Part shown: positions 54,953 to 63,522 of the stretch, piece after piece
Layout of the letters: each line of letters opens with the position of its first letter
How positions within the stretch are numbered: the stretch's first letter is position 1
NCBI GenBank assembly: GCA_030583805.1
Contig: CP129476.1
Span: 437,453-501,452, forward strand
Direction of reading: 5' to 3'
Source of the DNA: Patescibacteria group bacterium
GTDB lineage: Bacteria > Patescibacteriota > Patescibacteriia > SG8-24 > DYFX01
Length of the DNA: 64,000 nucleotides
Notes under the pieces: model-generated
Databases searched by the model: none
Told to the model about the DNA's origin: nothing
The model's input: only the letters and a program-made list of their open reading frames with translations
Made by a program: the position numbers and the translations under genes

Positions 54953-55957
54953 TTACAGATTTTTGGCGAGGCCCTTGGTGACGAGCGTGTATTCGATCGT
55001 GCGCTTCAAACCGTCGTCCAAACGGACGAGCGGGATCCAACCGAGCTCATCGACCGCTTTGCGCGTGTCCGGAAGTCCGAGCGGCGTCATGAAGAGAAGC
55101 GGCGCTTCGAACTTCACCTGCGACGAGGAGTCCGTCATGGCGATGACTTTGCGGGCGACATCCGCGAGTTTCAGATCTTCGTCGCCGCCGAAATTGACCG
55201 GGCCGGGATTCTTCGCGGCCTGCATCAAGCGCATCAAGCCGTCGACCAAGTCGGTGACGAACAGGAGCGCCGCGCTGAAATCTTCTTCGCCGTATACGAC
55301 GAGATCGCGGCCCTCAAGCGCGTCGAGCACGAAATCCGGCATCATCTCGCCGTCGTTCAAACGCTGGCGCGGGCCGTACGTGCGGAAAATGCGGGCGACG
55401 CGCACGTCGAGGCCGAACACGGAGCCGTAGGTGAAGCATGCCGTCTCGGCGAAACGCTTGCCTTCGTCGTAGCAGGCGCGCGGCGACGTGTGATCCGTCA
55501 TGCCCAAATCGGTTTCCTTGAAGCGCGAGCCGTCCTCATGGCGCGGACCGTACACGACCGCTGTCGACGCGTGCAGCAAGCGCGCTTTGTATTTCACGGC
55601 CACGTCGAGCACGTTGCGCATGCCGACAGAGTTCGCCAAATAGGTTTGGATGCGGAGGTTGTCGAACTTCTTCGCCGACGTCGGGCACGCCAGGTGGTAG
55701 ATCTCCTGCACGCCGTGCACGTTCAGCTTGAAGCGCGCAAGCTCCGGAAACGCCTCGAGATCGATCAGCTCGTTGATATCGAGCTTCAGGAATTCAAAAT
55801 CTGGATTCTTCAGCAACGACTCGATGTTCGAAACATCCGACGTGATGAAGTTGTCGATACAGATCACTTTCTGGCCGTCCGCCAGGAGCCGTTCGCACAA
55901 GTGCGAGCCGATGAAACCGGCTCCGCCCGTCACGACGGCGATACGCTTTTCTGCCAT
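54953..55957 (-). CDS. UDP-glucuronate decarboxylase / UDP-xylose synthase-like SDR epimerase-dehydratase
   Basis: IAVVTGGAGFIGSHLCERLL, VICIDNFITS, IYHLACPTS, YxxxK. Close to the UXS family consensus. Confidence 0.7.
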   Translation of the reverse strand: MAEKRIAVVTGGAGFIGSHLCERLLADGQKVICIDNFITSDVSNIESLLKNPDFEFLKLDINELIDLEAFPELARFKLNVHGVQEIYHLACPTSAKKFDNLRIQTYLANSVGMRNVLDVAVKYKARLLHASTAVVYGPRHEDGSRFKETDLGMTDHTSPRACYDEGKRFAETACFTYGSVFGLDVRVARIFRTYGPRQRLNDGEMMPDFVLDALEGRDLVVYGEEDFSAALLFVTDLVDGLMRLMQAAKNPGPVNFGGDEDLKLADVARKVIAMTDSSSQVKFEAPLLFMTPLGLPDTRKAVDELGWIPLVRLDDGLKRTIEYTLVTKGLAKNL

Positions 55958-56029
55958 ACAGGAAAAACAGGAGATGCTTAGTCTGGCCCCAGTATACTGG
56001 GGGTTTTCTGGTTTGAAAAGCGCGTTGGC

Positions 56030-57670
56030 CTAGAGATTCCTGTCGGCCTCGATGGTCGGAGCCGAAGCGCGTTCATCAAAAGCGACGAAGTCTCCGGCCT
56101 TCACGACGATCGGACCGACGCGGTAACCGGCGAAAAAAGCCTCGGGAAGGTCGTCGACCAGCGATTGCCATCCGGAACCGAACACCTCCCGCGCCACGTC
56201 TTCGGACGCGAGATGCCTCAGAACGCCGCCTTTGCCCACGGCATAGACTTCCGGCCGGGTTTGCAGCTTGAGCAACCTGGTACCGGGCCGGTAGGTAACC
56301 GTGCCGCCGATCGGCAAGCTGGCAAGCTGGGCAACGGAGATCGTTTTCACGGCGGCGAAACCTTGGAACCAGGTGGCGTACGTATTCGCGTTCGGAAACA
56401 CGTAGCGCTTGCCATTCTGCGCTTTGTAATACACCGCGGACGATGCCGGAGATTTCACCAGTTCGCCGCCCGATGGCAACGGTGCGGGCACTCCCTGAGC
56501 GGGCGGCTCGGAAACGGGTACGGCCAGCATCGCCGCCACGACCGCCTGAACGGAAGCGGCGGCATCAATGCGGCCGGCACCAAGCTGGCCGGCAAAACCG
56601 CCGTTCAAGGCGTCGACGTTTTTCGCGTGAGCCGTGATCATCACGCGAACCTCGGCCGGCGTGAGCGCGGGATTGATCGAGAGCAAGAGCGCCGCCAAAC
56701 CGGAAACAAGCGGCGCCGCCAGGGAGGATCCGGACCAGCCGCTGCCGTACGGCTTGGTGTAACCGGTCTGTCCCGGGCGATACACCTGCGTCGTCATGAT
56801 GTTTTCGCCAGGAGCGGAAACGGTGATGCACTGCAATCCGTAACTCGAAAAGCTCGAGTGGCGGTCTTGTCCGTCGAGTGCGGAAACGCCGATCAAAATC
56901 TCTTCGCCAAGCGCGCCGCGGTAGCAGACAGGATAGCTCGGATAGACATTGAGGTTGCCGCCGCGCTCCGTATCGCCTTCGTTGCCGGCCGCAACGACAA
57001 CGACGATGCCCGCGCGATAGGCGTCGCGCATCGCTTCAACCAAAAAATTGCTGTACCCCGCGCCGCTGAAGCTCAGATTGATAACGTCGACTTTCTGCGC
57101 AATCGCGTAGCGGATGGCCGCTTCAACGTTATCCGTTCGCCCCGATCCCGCGCCGTCGAGCACGCGGAGCGGGATCATCTCGATGTTCCAGTTGATACCC
57201 GCCACGCCTTCGTTGTTGTTCCCGGCCGCGCCGATCAGTCCCGCGACCAGCGTGCCGTGATTGACGGCTTCCGTCTGTCCCGGATCGTCCAGATCGGGGT
57301 TCGGATCATTGTCCCTGTCGACGAAATCCCAGCCGCGCACGTCGTCGATGTAACCGTTTCTGTCGTTGTCGATGCCGTCGTTCGGGACCTCTCCTCTATT
57401 GGTCCAAAAACGGTCTTTGAGATCAGGATGCGACAAATCGATGCCCGTATCCAAAATCGCCACGCGCACCGTCGGCGAACCTTTGGCAAAGTTCCAGGCC
57501 TCAGGCAGGCCGATCGCTTTTGCGTACCATTGCGCGCCATAAAGAGGGTCGTTTGGCTCGGCGGCAAGCGCAGGAGATCCCGAGGTCGCGAATACCGTGA
57601 TCGCAATCAGGACTGCGTTCACCATTCTCTGCCAAGATTGGCGAAAAATCGCGCGGGTATCTCGAATCAT
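56030..57670 (-). CDS. Secreted subtilisin-like S8 serine peptidase with C-terminal surface-protein-homology domain
   Basis: Start ATG 57668-57670 (signal MIRDTRAIFRQSWQRMVNAVLIAITVFATSGSPALAAEP). Asp DTGIDLSHPDL, His HGTLVAGLIGA, Ser GTSLAAPLVSGLAALL. The C-terminal roughly 135 aa are homologous to the N-terminus of the 57789..61526 protein. Confidence 0.8.
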   Translation of the reverse strand: MIRDTRAIFRQSWQRMVNAVLIAITVFATSGSPALAAEPNDPLYGAQWYAKAIGLPEAWNFAKGSPTVRVAILDTGIDLSHPDLKDRFWTNRGEVPNDGIDNDRNGYIDDVRGWDFVDRDNDPNPDLDDPGQTEAVNHGTLVAGLIGAAGNNNEGVAGINWNIEMIPLRVLDGAGSGRTDNVEAAIRYAIAQKVDVINLSFSGAGYSNFLVEAMRDAYRAGIVVVVAAGNEGDTERGGNLNVYPSYPVCYRGALGEEILIGVSALDGQDRHSSFSSYGLQCITVSAPGENIMTTQVYRPGQTGYTKPYGSGWSGSSLAAPLVSGLAALLLSINPALTPAEVRVMITAHAKNVDALNGGFAGQLGAGRIDAAASVQAVVAAMLAVPVSEPPAQGVPAPLPSGGELVKSPASSAVYYKAQNGKRYVFPNANTYATWFQGFAAVKTISVAQLASLPIGGTVTYRPGTRLLKLQTRPEVYAVGKGGVLRHLASEDVAREVFGSGWQSLVDDLPEAFFAGYRVGPIVVKAGDFVAFDERASAPTIEADRNL

Positions 57671-57718
57671 GGTGAAGACAGTGTAGCTGAAAAAAATACG
57701 AAAGCAAGTCAGAAAACA

Positions 57719-57750
57719 CAAACCCCTCCTTGCGGAGGGGTTTGTGCGTC
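57719..57750 (-). terminator. Intrinsic terminator downstream of giant surface-protein gene
   Basis: caaacccctcc-ttgc-ggaggggtttg hairpin with an A-run on the plus strand (U-run on the minus transcript). Confidence 0.5.
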
Positions 57751-57788
57751 GTAGAACTCCTGTCGGAGCCCTGACGAAGACGCAGCTC

Positions 57789-60700
57789 TTACGAGCGGGT
57801 CAACGTGCGGGCGTCAGACGGGAGAACCTTGACGAAGCGGCCGTTCGTCCAGTCGTTCGAAGCGCTCGCATCATCCGTGCCGGCGTTGGTCGCCGTCGTG
57901 TCGTTGTGCGGAATCACGCTGTTGTCGGACCAGATGAAGTTGTAGGCGCCATCGGCAGCCGAGCCGTCGAGGTCGTCGATACCATGGTTGGCACCGATAC
58001 CGGAGGCAGCGCTGTCGATTTCACCCGTGACCTGCGCGGTGTCGCCAAGCAGCTTGGTGCTGATGGATTCACCGGACTCGTTCGCACCGGCAACCGTCGC
58101 CCAGAGCTGGTACGTCTTGGACGAACCGGCGGCGATCGTCTGCTCATTCGTGAACGTGAGGACGTAGCTGCACGTTGCAGAGCCCGTGCAGTTCAAGACG
58201 GCATCCGTGGTCGAAGCCGAGATGTCCGTGCCGATACCAACCTCGCGGATCGACGGCGAGGTGATAGACATCGCCGAAGTGAGGCTGTTCATCTGGTGCT
58301 CGAAGCCGATCGCTTTCACCGAGACCTGCTGGGCATTGTCTGCGGAGATCGTGAAGGCCTTGAGAACCACCGAGCCGTTCGACAAGGTCGAGGTCGGGAC
58401 GGAGGCGTCAGCGACCGTCGGCTTGGTCTTGCGGATGCGCTTTTCGCGACCATCGAGGTTACCGGAGTTACCCACCGTGTCGAGCGTGCTCGAACCGGCA
58501 GAGGTACCACGGACTTCGAAGGTGCCATCCGGGTTGACGCCGAAGCCGCTGTCGCAGACGCCGATCGAGGCGCCCGAGCACAGCGTCACCTGGACGTTGA
58601 GACCGGAGCCGACACCCGACGGGCTAACCTGGTTCAGCATGCCCTTGACCGTGAGGGTCTTGGAGCTGTCCTTCGGAACGACGAACGAGAAGGCCGAGAA
58701 ATCGGCGAAACCGCTCGAGTTCGGGGAGACCGGGCCCGCGACGAGCGTCGCACCGTCGTAGAGCGAGAGGCTGGCAACCGCAGCCACGGTGGCAGTGGTC
58801 GTCGCGCCGTCGGTCACGCGGAAGCGAACCTTCGAGAGCTTGAGGTCTTCGGTCTGAGCCGTGAAGCGGTACTTGGCGAGGGTGGCCATGGAGCCGCCGA
58901 GGACAATACCAGCTTCCGATTCCGTGTCATCCGGAGCGAGCGCATAGGTCATGGTGCCGCTCGTCGAGATGATCATGTCCGCCGAGTTCGAGGAACCCGA
59001 CTTCGAGACGGAGTTGCCGTCCATGTCCTGCGCCGTCACGTCCGCGTTGGCGACCGTGAAGTCGATGGTGTCGTTCAGGTTCGCGATCGAACCAGAAAGG
59101 TTACCAGTGAGGGCGAGGGTGACCGTCTGACCAGCCGGAATCGTCAAGTTCATGTTGGTGAACTGGAGGAGACCACCGTCGGCCGAGGCGCAGGACGCCG
59201 TGGACGAGGTCGGGCTCTTGATGTCACCCACCTGGGCGGTGCCATTCATGAGCTTGGCCGTGAGCAAGATGTCGGTCGAGAACTTGTCGGTCGCGCCCGT
59301 GTCAAGGCCGTTTTCACAGCCGTTGGCGAAGGTCGCGTCGTTGTTCGAGTCGACACGCATCTGGACGGTCATCGAGGTCACCTTGACGTCGGAGCCCTGG
59401 CCAGCCTTGAGGCTGATACCGGCGAGCTCGACGTTCTGGGAGCCCTGGATGAAGGTCTGCGCAACCGGCGTCGAAGCGGCCGAAACCGTGAGCGACGCGG
59501 TGCGGACGGTCATGGCGTTACCCGAGATCGTGGACGACGGAACGATGTCCGAGGTCGCGACGAAGGTCGAGTTGTCGAGGTTGCGGATGTCCGACGCCTG
59601 GAACGCGACGAGGTCGACGCGCACCGTGGTGTTGTCGAGACCGGCCTGGTTCGCGACGTCCAGGGTCACCTTGAAGGTGCGGGCCTGGCCGGCGTTCAGG
59701 GTGAAGACGTCCGTATAGACGAGGTTCTGAGAGTCGTCAGCGTCGGAGGCCGTCGCGAGGACGTCCTTCGGGCCGGCAACGATCGAAGTCGTCGCGGTGT
59801 CCATCACCTTGATGTCGGTGTAGTTCGCGCCATCGGTCGTGTCGTCGTACTTAAGACCCGTGTCGTCGTCATCGTCATCATCTTCGCCCGGGGCGGAGAT
59901 AAGGAGACGCAGGTTGCGGACTTCGACGTTGGACTGCGAGGCGAGGGTGAAGTTCAAGACTTCCTTGTCCTTGCCGTTGGTCGCAATGTCGGTCGCGGCC
60001 GGGCCATTGAAGGTGATCGTGATCTGACCGCCCTCAAGCGAGAGGTACGAGCAGTCGCCCGAAGTCGAGGTGCAGGAGTCGCCGTCATACGCGGTGCGCG
60101 TGACGGAGGCACCGAAGCCGAACGTGCGGCCCGTGGCCCAGACATCGGCGTCTTCCTCGACGTAGAGCTTGATGGTGTCAGCAGAGCGGGTACCGCCGCC
60201 GACATCGCCCCAAACTTCATACGTGCGGGTGTTGCCCTTTTCGAGGAGGGTGTTGCCCGTGAGGACGAAGGTCACGCGGTCGCGGTCGTCGAGACCAGCG
60301 GCCGAAGCGACTTCCGTACCAGCCGCCTTCAGCTTGAGGTTGGTCAAAGCCGAGCGGGAGATGTTGCCGCTCTGGAAGAGCGTAACGCGCTTGATGTCGA
60401 GGTCCTCGGCGGCGCCAGCGGAGAGCTGGAACTCGGCGAGCTTGACATTCATCTGACCGACCTTCGGGTTCGTGAGCGAACCGGACTTCGCGATCGTGAC
60501 AGAACCGACAGTCGCCGAAGCGAGCGTCATGTTGTTGCCCGTGACCGGGAGACCGGAAGCCGACGAGGAACCGCTCGAAACGGCGGTGACCTGGAAGGCG
60601 TTCACGTTACCAGCGCCAGCCGAGCTCGACATCGTCGCGGCGACCCACAGGGTGCGAGTCTGACCGGCGGAGAGGGCGAGGTTCAGGCTGTTGAAGGTGA

Positions 60701-61526
60701 CGTCGTTCGACGAGCTGTTGACGGAACGGCCCGTGGTCAGACGGGAGTTGCCCTCATACAGGTAGACGTTCGAGAAGTCGGTCGAAGCACCGGCGCCCAC
60801 GCGATGGAGGACGACGGAGTCGACGACGACCGCAGAACCGGTGCCGTTCGAGACGTTGAACTTGACGAAGTTCACGCCCGTCGCGGACTTCGGCACGGTG
60901 GCCGAGGCCGGAGAGTCGGAAGCGAGCGAGACCGAGACGCCAGAGAGGGAGCCAGGGCCGGAGCTCAGGTTCTTGTCCTGGTTCACGGTCTGGGAGCCGC
61001 TCATTTCGGCGGTCTTGTCGTAGTCGCCGGCCGAGTTCACCGCGTTGCCAACCGTGTAGTTGGTGAAGAACGCGTCGGAGATGTCGTCGATCTGCGTGTT
61101 CCAGTTGGAACCATACAGAGCGGAGGCGACAGCTTCAGAACCGATCGGGCGGAGGACGCCGCCATGCGAGATGGCGTAGACCTTCGGGTCGGACTGAATC
61201 TTGATCATCTTCACACCCGGGCGATAGGTGACGTTGCCACCGATCTGGATGGAAGCGAGGTCAGCGTCGGAAATCGTCATGACACCCGAGAAGTTCGAGT
61301 ACCACGTGAAGTACGCTTTGTCGTTCGTGAAGACGTAGCGCTTCATGTCGGCGCCGCAGTAGTACACCGCGGAGAGAGAACCTTTGATGAGACTACCGCT
61401 CGTGCAGCCGGCGGCAGAGGCCTTCAAAGGAGCGACGAGGACGGTCGCCATCACGGACCAGAGAATGGTCGAGAGGACGACGCCCAGCGTCAGAGCCTTG
61501 CGGCTCATTTTGAGGACATCGGTCAT
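57789..61526 (-). CDS. Giant (1245 aa) secreted Thr/Ser/Gly/Asn-rich cell-surface protein (S-layer/adhesin-like)
   Basis: Start ATG 61524-61526 with an AAAGGA SD. Signal peptide MSRKALTLGVVLSTILWSVMATVLVAPLKASA. Poly-Asp stretch DDDDDDDTG. No sortase or PEP-CTERM motif. N-terminal domain shared with the S8 peptidase. Confidence 0.7.
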   Translation of the reverse strand: MTDVLKMSRKALTLGVVLSTILWSVMATVLVAPLKASAAGCTSGSLIKGSLSAVYYCGADMKRYVFTNDKAYFTWYSNFSGVMTISDADLASIQIGGNVTYRPGVKMIKIQSDPKVYAISHGGVLRPIGSEAVASALYGSNWNTQIDDISDAFFTNYTVGNAVNSAGDYDKTAEMSGSQTVNQDKNLSSGPGSLSGVSVSLASDSPASATVPKSATGVNFVKFNVSNGTGSAVVVDSVVLHRVGAGASTDFSNVYLYEGNSRLTTGRSVNSSSNDVTFNSLNLALSAGQTRTLWVAATMSSSAGAGNVNAFQVTAVSSGSSSASGLPVTGNNMTLASATVGSVTIAKSGSLTNPKVGQMNVKLAEFQLSAGAAEDLDIKRVTLFQSGNISRSALTNLKLKAAGTEVASAAGLDDRDRVTFVLTGNTLLEKGNTRTYEVWGDVGGGTRSADTIKLYVEEDADVWATGRTFGFGASVTRTAYDGDSCTSTSGDCSYLSLEGGQITITFNGPAATDIATNGKDKEVLNFTLASQSNVEVRNLRLLISAPGEDDDDDDDTGLKYDDTTDGANYTDIKVMDTATTSIVAGPKDVLATASDADDSQNLVYTDVFTLNAGQARTFKVTLDVANQAGLDNTTVRVDLVAFQASDIRNLDNSTFVATSDIVPSSTISGNAMTVRTASLTVSAASTPVAQTFIQGSQNVELAGISLKAGQGSDVKVTSMTVQMRVDSNNDATFANGCENGLDTGATDKFSTDILLTAKLMNGTAQVGDIKSPTSSTASCASADGGLLQFTNMNLTIPAGQTVTLALTGNLSGSIANLNDTIDFTVANADVTAQDMDGNSVSKSGSSNSADMIISTSGTMTYALAPDDTESEAGIVLGGSMATLAKYRFTAQTEDLKLSKVRFRVTDGATTTATVAAVASLSLYDGATLVAGPVSPNSSGFADFSAFSFVVPKDSSKTLTVKGMLNQVSPSGVGSGLNVQVTLCSGASIGVCDSGFGVNPDGTFEVRGTSAGSSTLDTVGNSGNLDGREKRIRKTKPTVADASVPTSTLSNGSVVLKAFTISADNAQQVSVKAIGFEHQMNSLTSAMSITSPSIREVGIGTDISASTTDAVLNCTGSATCSYVLTFTNEQTIAAGSSKTYQLWATVAGANESGESISTKLLGDTAQVTGEIDSAASGIGANHGIDDLDGSAADGAYNFIWSDNSVIPHNDTTATNAGTDDASASNDWTNGRFVKVLPSDARTLTRS

Positions 61527-61715
61527 AAGAGATGAGATCCTTTCTTCAAGTTTAGTATGCAGTAGCTCGGCCTTGCGGCCTCGACCTTGTAGTGCCACTG
61601 GTGCCCAATGGGCCCGTCCGGGAGGTTCCTCCTGGATCGGAGACGGCTCCTCTATAAAAGAGGAGGCCTCTTCGATCCGAGAGGTTCCGAACGGTTTGTT
61701 AATAGAGGAGGTGCG

Positions 61716-62747
61716 TTACGGAGCGCTGGTCGCGCTGTCTGTGACTTCCGCCGTCTCCGTCGTGGAGATCGTCGGGTTGGCCGGCTCGTCTTTGACCGTT
61801 TCGGCCTCGGAGACGAGATCGGCGCCTTCGCTCACTTTGCGGACCGCGGCGCGGAAGTCGCCTTGCTCGAGAAGCTGCTTGGCTTCTTCGACGGCGACCC
61901 TGGCTTTGGCAGTCAGGAGCAGGCTTTGCGGAGCGAACGTGTCGCCGTTGTAGTTATCCTGAGCGGCGGCGACATGGGCCGCGAAGGAGTCGATCCTTTT
62001 GCCGACCGAGGAGGTCAGCTCCGCTTCTGGTAAGACGTTGGCGGCGATACTTTGTTTCTCAACCAGGATTTCGAGCGCTTTGACGGAGACTTGGTCGAGG
62101 TTCAGGAGCGCCATGCGGAGCGTCGGTCGTCCGACCGAGAGGCCGCTCTTGAACAGCGCTTGGTACTCGTCAGCTTTCGCATCGACCCTGAGCGCGACGC
62201 GCACGACCGTATCGGTGTCTTCTTCCTTTTGAAGGTCGGAGAGGTCTTTGCGGATGCCGTTCATTTCGTCGGAGAAGAGCGCGGCGACTTTGGCGATCTT
62301 GGCTTCTTTGCCGGGTTCGGCGCTGGCCGAGAGGCGCGCCATCTCGTCGAGCCGGCGCCCGGCGATTTCGACGCGGCGTTCGGTCCGCTCGATCTTCGGA
62401 GCAAAGCGCAGGCTGACGGCTTCGGCGGCGAGTTTCACTCCGTAGAGCGCGTCGCCCGGAAGCGTGTTGTGCGCGGCGGCGACCACTGCTTTAGAGGAGA
62501 CGCCGGTGCCGACGGCCAGGAGCAGCATCAGGGCGGGAACCGCCATCGCGCGCATCAGGTTTTCAGGAAGGAAGATGCGCAGGTTTTCAGCAAATGCACG
62601 AACGCCGGTCCGCCGCTCGTGGCTGACCGTATTCCCGATCTGCATCAATAACGTCTCTCTCGTGGACGCAAGCCAGCGCGCGTCCGGGCTTCCGCCCGCA
62701 CGCTCATCTTTCAGCGCTTTCAATTGCCTCACGATTGAGTCTTTCAT
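61716..62747 (-). CDS. Putative anti-sigma factor (single TM, DUF5667-like extracytoplasmic domain)
   Basis: Located directly downstream of, and overlapping, the ECF sigma gene. TM MRAMAVPALMLLLAVGTGV. Start ambiguous (ATG at 62789, 62747 or 62645). Confidence 0.45.
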   Translation of the reverse strand: MKDSIVRQLKALKDERAGGSPDARWLASTRETLLMQIGNTVSHERRTGVRAFAENLRIFLPENLMRAMAVPALMLLLAVGTGVSSKAVVAAAHNTLPGDALYGVKLAAEAVSLRFAPKIERTERRVEIAGRRLDEMARLSASAEPGKEAKIAKVAALFSDEMNGIRKDLSDLQKEEDTDTVVRVALRVDAKADEYQALFKSGLSVGRPTLRMALLNLDQVSVKALEILVEKQSIAANVLPEAELTSSVGKRIDSFAAHVAAAQDNYNGDTFAPQSLLLTAKARVAVEEAKQLLEQGDFRAAVRKVSEGADLVSEAETVKDEPANPTISTTETAEVTDSATSAP

Positions 62748-63315
62748 GGTCGTTGGTGGATTCAGCGGCGACCAGGTCCCGAATGGCATCCAAGGCGCGG
62801 TGCAAAAGCACGCGCACGTTTCCTTGGGTCTTGCCGAGGATCCTGGCGATCTCGAAGGTCTCGAGCTCGTCCAGATATTTCATCACGAGCACTTCGCGAT
62901 ATTCGTCCTTGAGCGAACGCAGATGCCTTTCAAGCATCGTGACGTCGATCTTGGCGTCCGTTTTGTGTTGCGACGATCGGTCGTCGGCAATCCTCTCTTC
63001 CGCTTCTTCCTGAAGAGGAAGCGTCTCGCGTCCGGACTTCGATCGGTAATGATCGATGACACGGTTGCGAGCGATTCCATACAGGAGCGCGCTCAAGTGC
63101 CGGACGTCTTTTCCTCCTTCATCAAGAAGGTAGGACCAGACCTTCAAGAAGACATCGGCCGTGAGGTCTTGCGCCTCTTCGACTGACGAAACCTTGAAGT
63201 AGATGAACCGGTGAATCTTGTGCGCGTACAAATCATAAATTTTCCCGAAGGCTTCGGGATCCTTTTTGACGCGTACTCGGTACAGCAAGAGTTTCTCTTG
63301 CAGCGGATTGCTCAT
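62704..63315 (-). CDS. ECF-type RNA polymerase sigma-70 family factor
   Basis: Region 2 (AQDLTADVFLKVWSYL) and region 4 HTH (REVLVMKYLDELETFEIARILGKTQGNVRVLLHRAL). Confidence 0.8.
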   Translation of the reverse strand: MSNPLQEKLLLYRVRVKKDPEAFGKIYDLYAHKIHRFIYFKVSSVEEAQDLTADVFLKVWSYLLDEGGKDVRHLSALLYGIARNRVIDHYRSKSGRETLPLQEEAEERIADDRSSQHKTDAKIDVTMLERHLRSLKDEYREVLVMKYLDELETFEIARILGKTQGNVRVLLHRALDAIRDLVAAESTNDHERLNREAIESAER

Positions 63316-63463
63316 GGCTTTAGACGGCGGACAAGGGGAAAGCGTTACAGTCCACCTAGGATGTGGTTCAGACTATCATGTAAAAGGCCCGGGGTCAATG
63401 ATAACCCTATAAAAATAAGGCTACGGGCAAGATCGGTTTTGGTAACGCCATCCACAGGCTTGC

Positions 63464-63492
63464 TTGCCAAAAAAGGGATAGTTGTCTACACT
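63464..63492 (+). promoter_or_regulatory. Sigma70-like promoter TTGCCA-N17-TACACT for HTH gene
   Basis: TTGCCA at 63464-69, TACACT at 63487-92, ATG at 63523. Confidence 0.35.
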
Positions 63493-63506
63493 GGAGTAGA
63501 CAACTA
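63478..63506. promoter_or_regulatory. Perfect 11-bp inverted repeat TAGTTGTCTAC-actgga-GTAGACAACTA overlapping the -10 (candidate autoregulatory operator)
   Basis: Arms at 63478-63488 and 63496-63506; overlaps TACACT and the predicted TSS of the HTH gene. Confidence 0.5.
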
Positions 63507-63522
63507 AGCTACTAGGCATCGT

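Noticed and set aside
55987-56004. Hairpin cccc-agtatact-gggg between the UXS-like gene and the S8 peptidase gene
   Set aside because: The T-tract follows on the plus strand, where there is no gene. For the minus-strand S8 transcript there is no U-run after the stem, so the terminator assignment is ambiguous.
57744-61535. 1263-aa plus-strand ORF antisense to the giant surface-protein gene
   Set aside because: Arg/Gly/Asp-rich, low-complexity mirror frame of a Thr/Ser/Gly-rich gene. The minus-strand frame has a signal peptide, an SD and a domain shared with the neighbouring protease.
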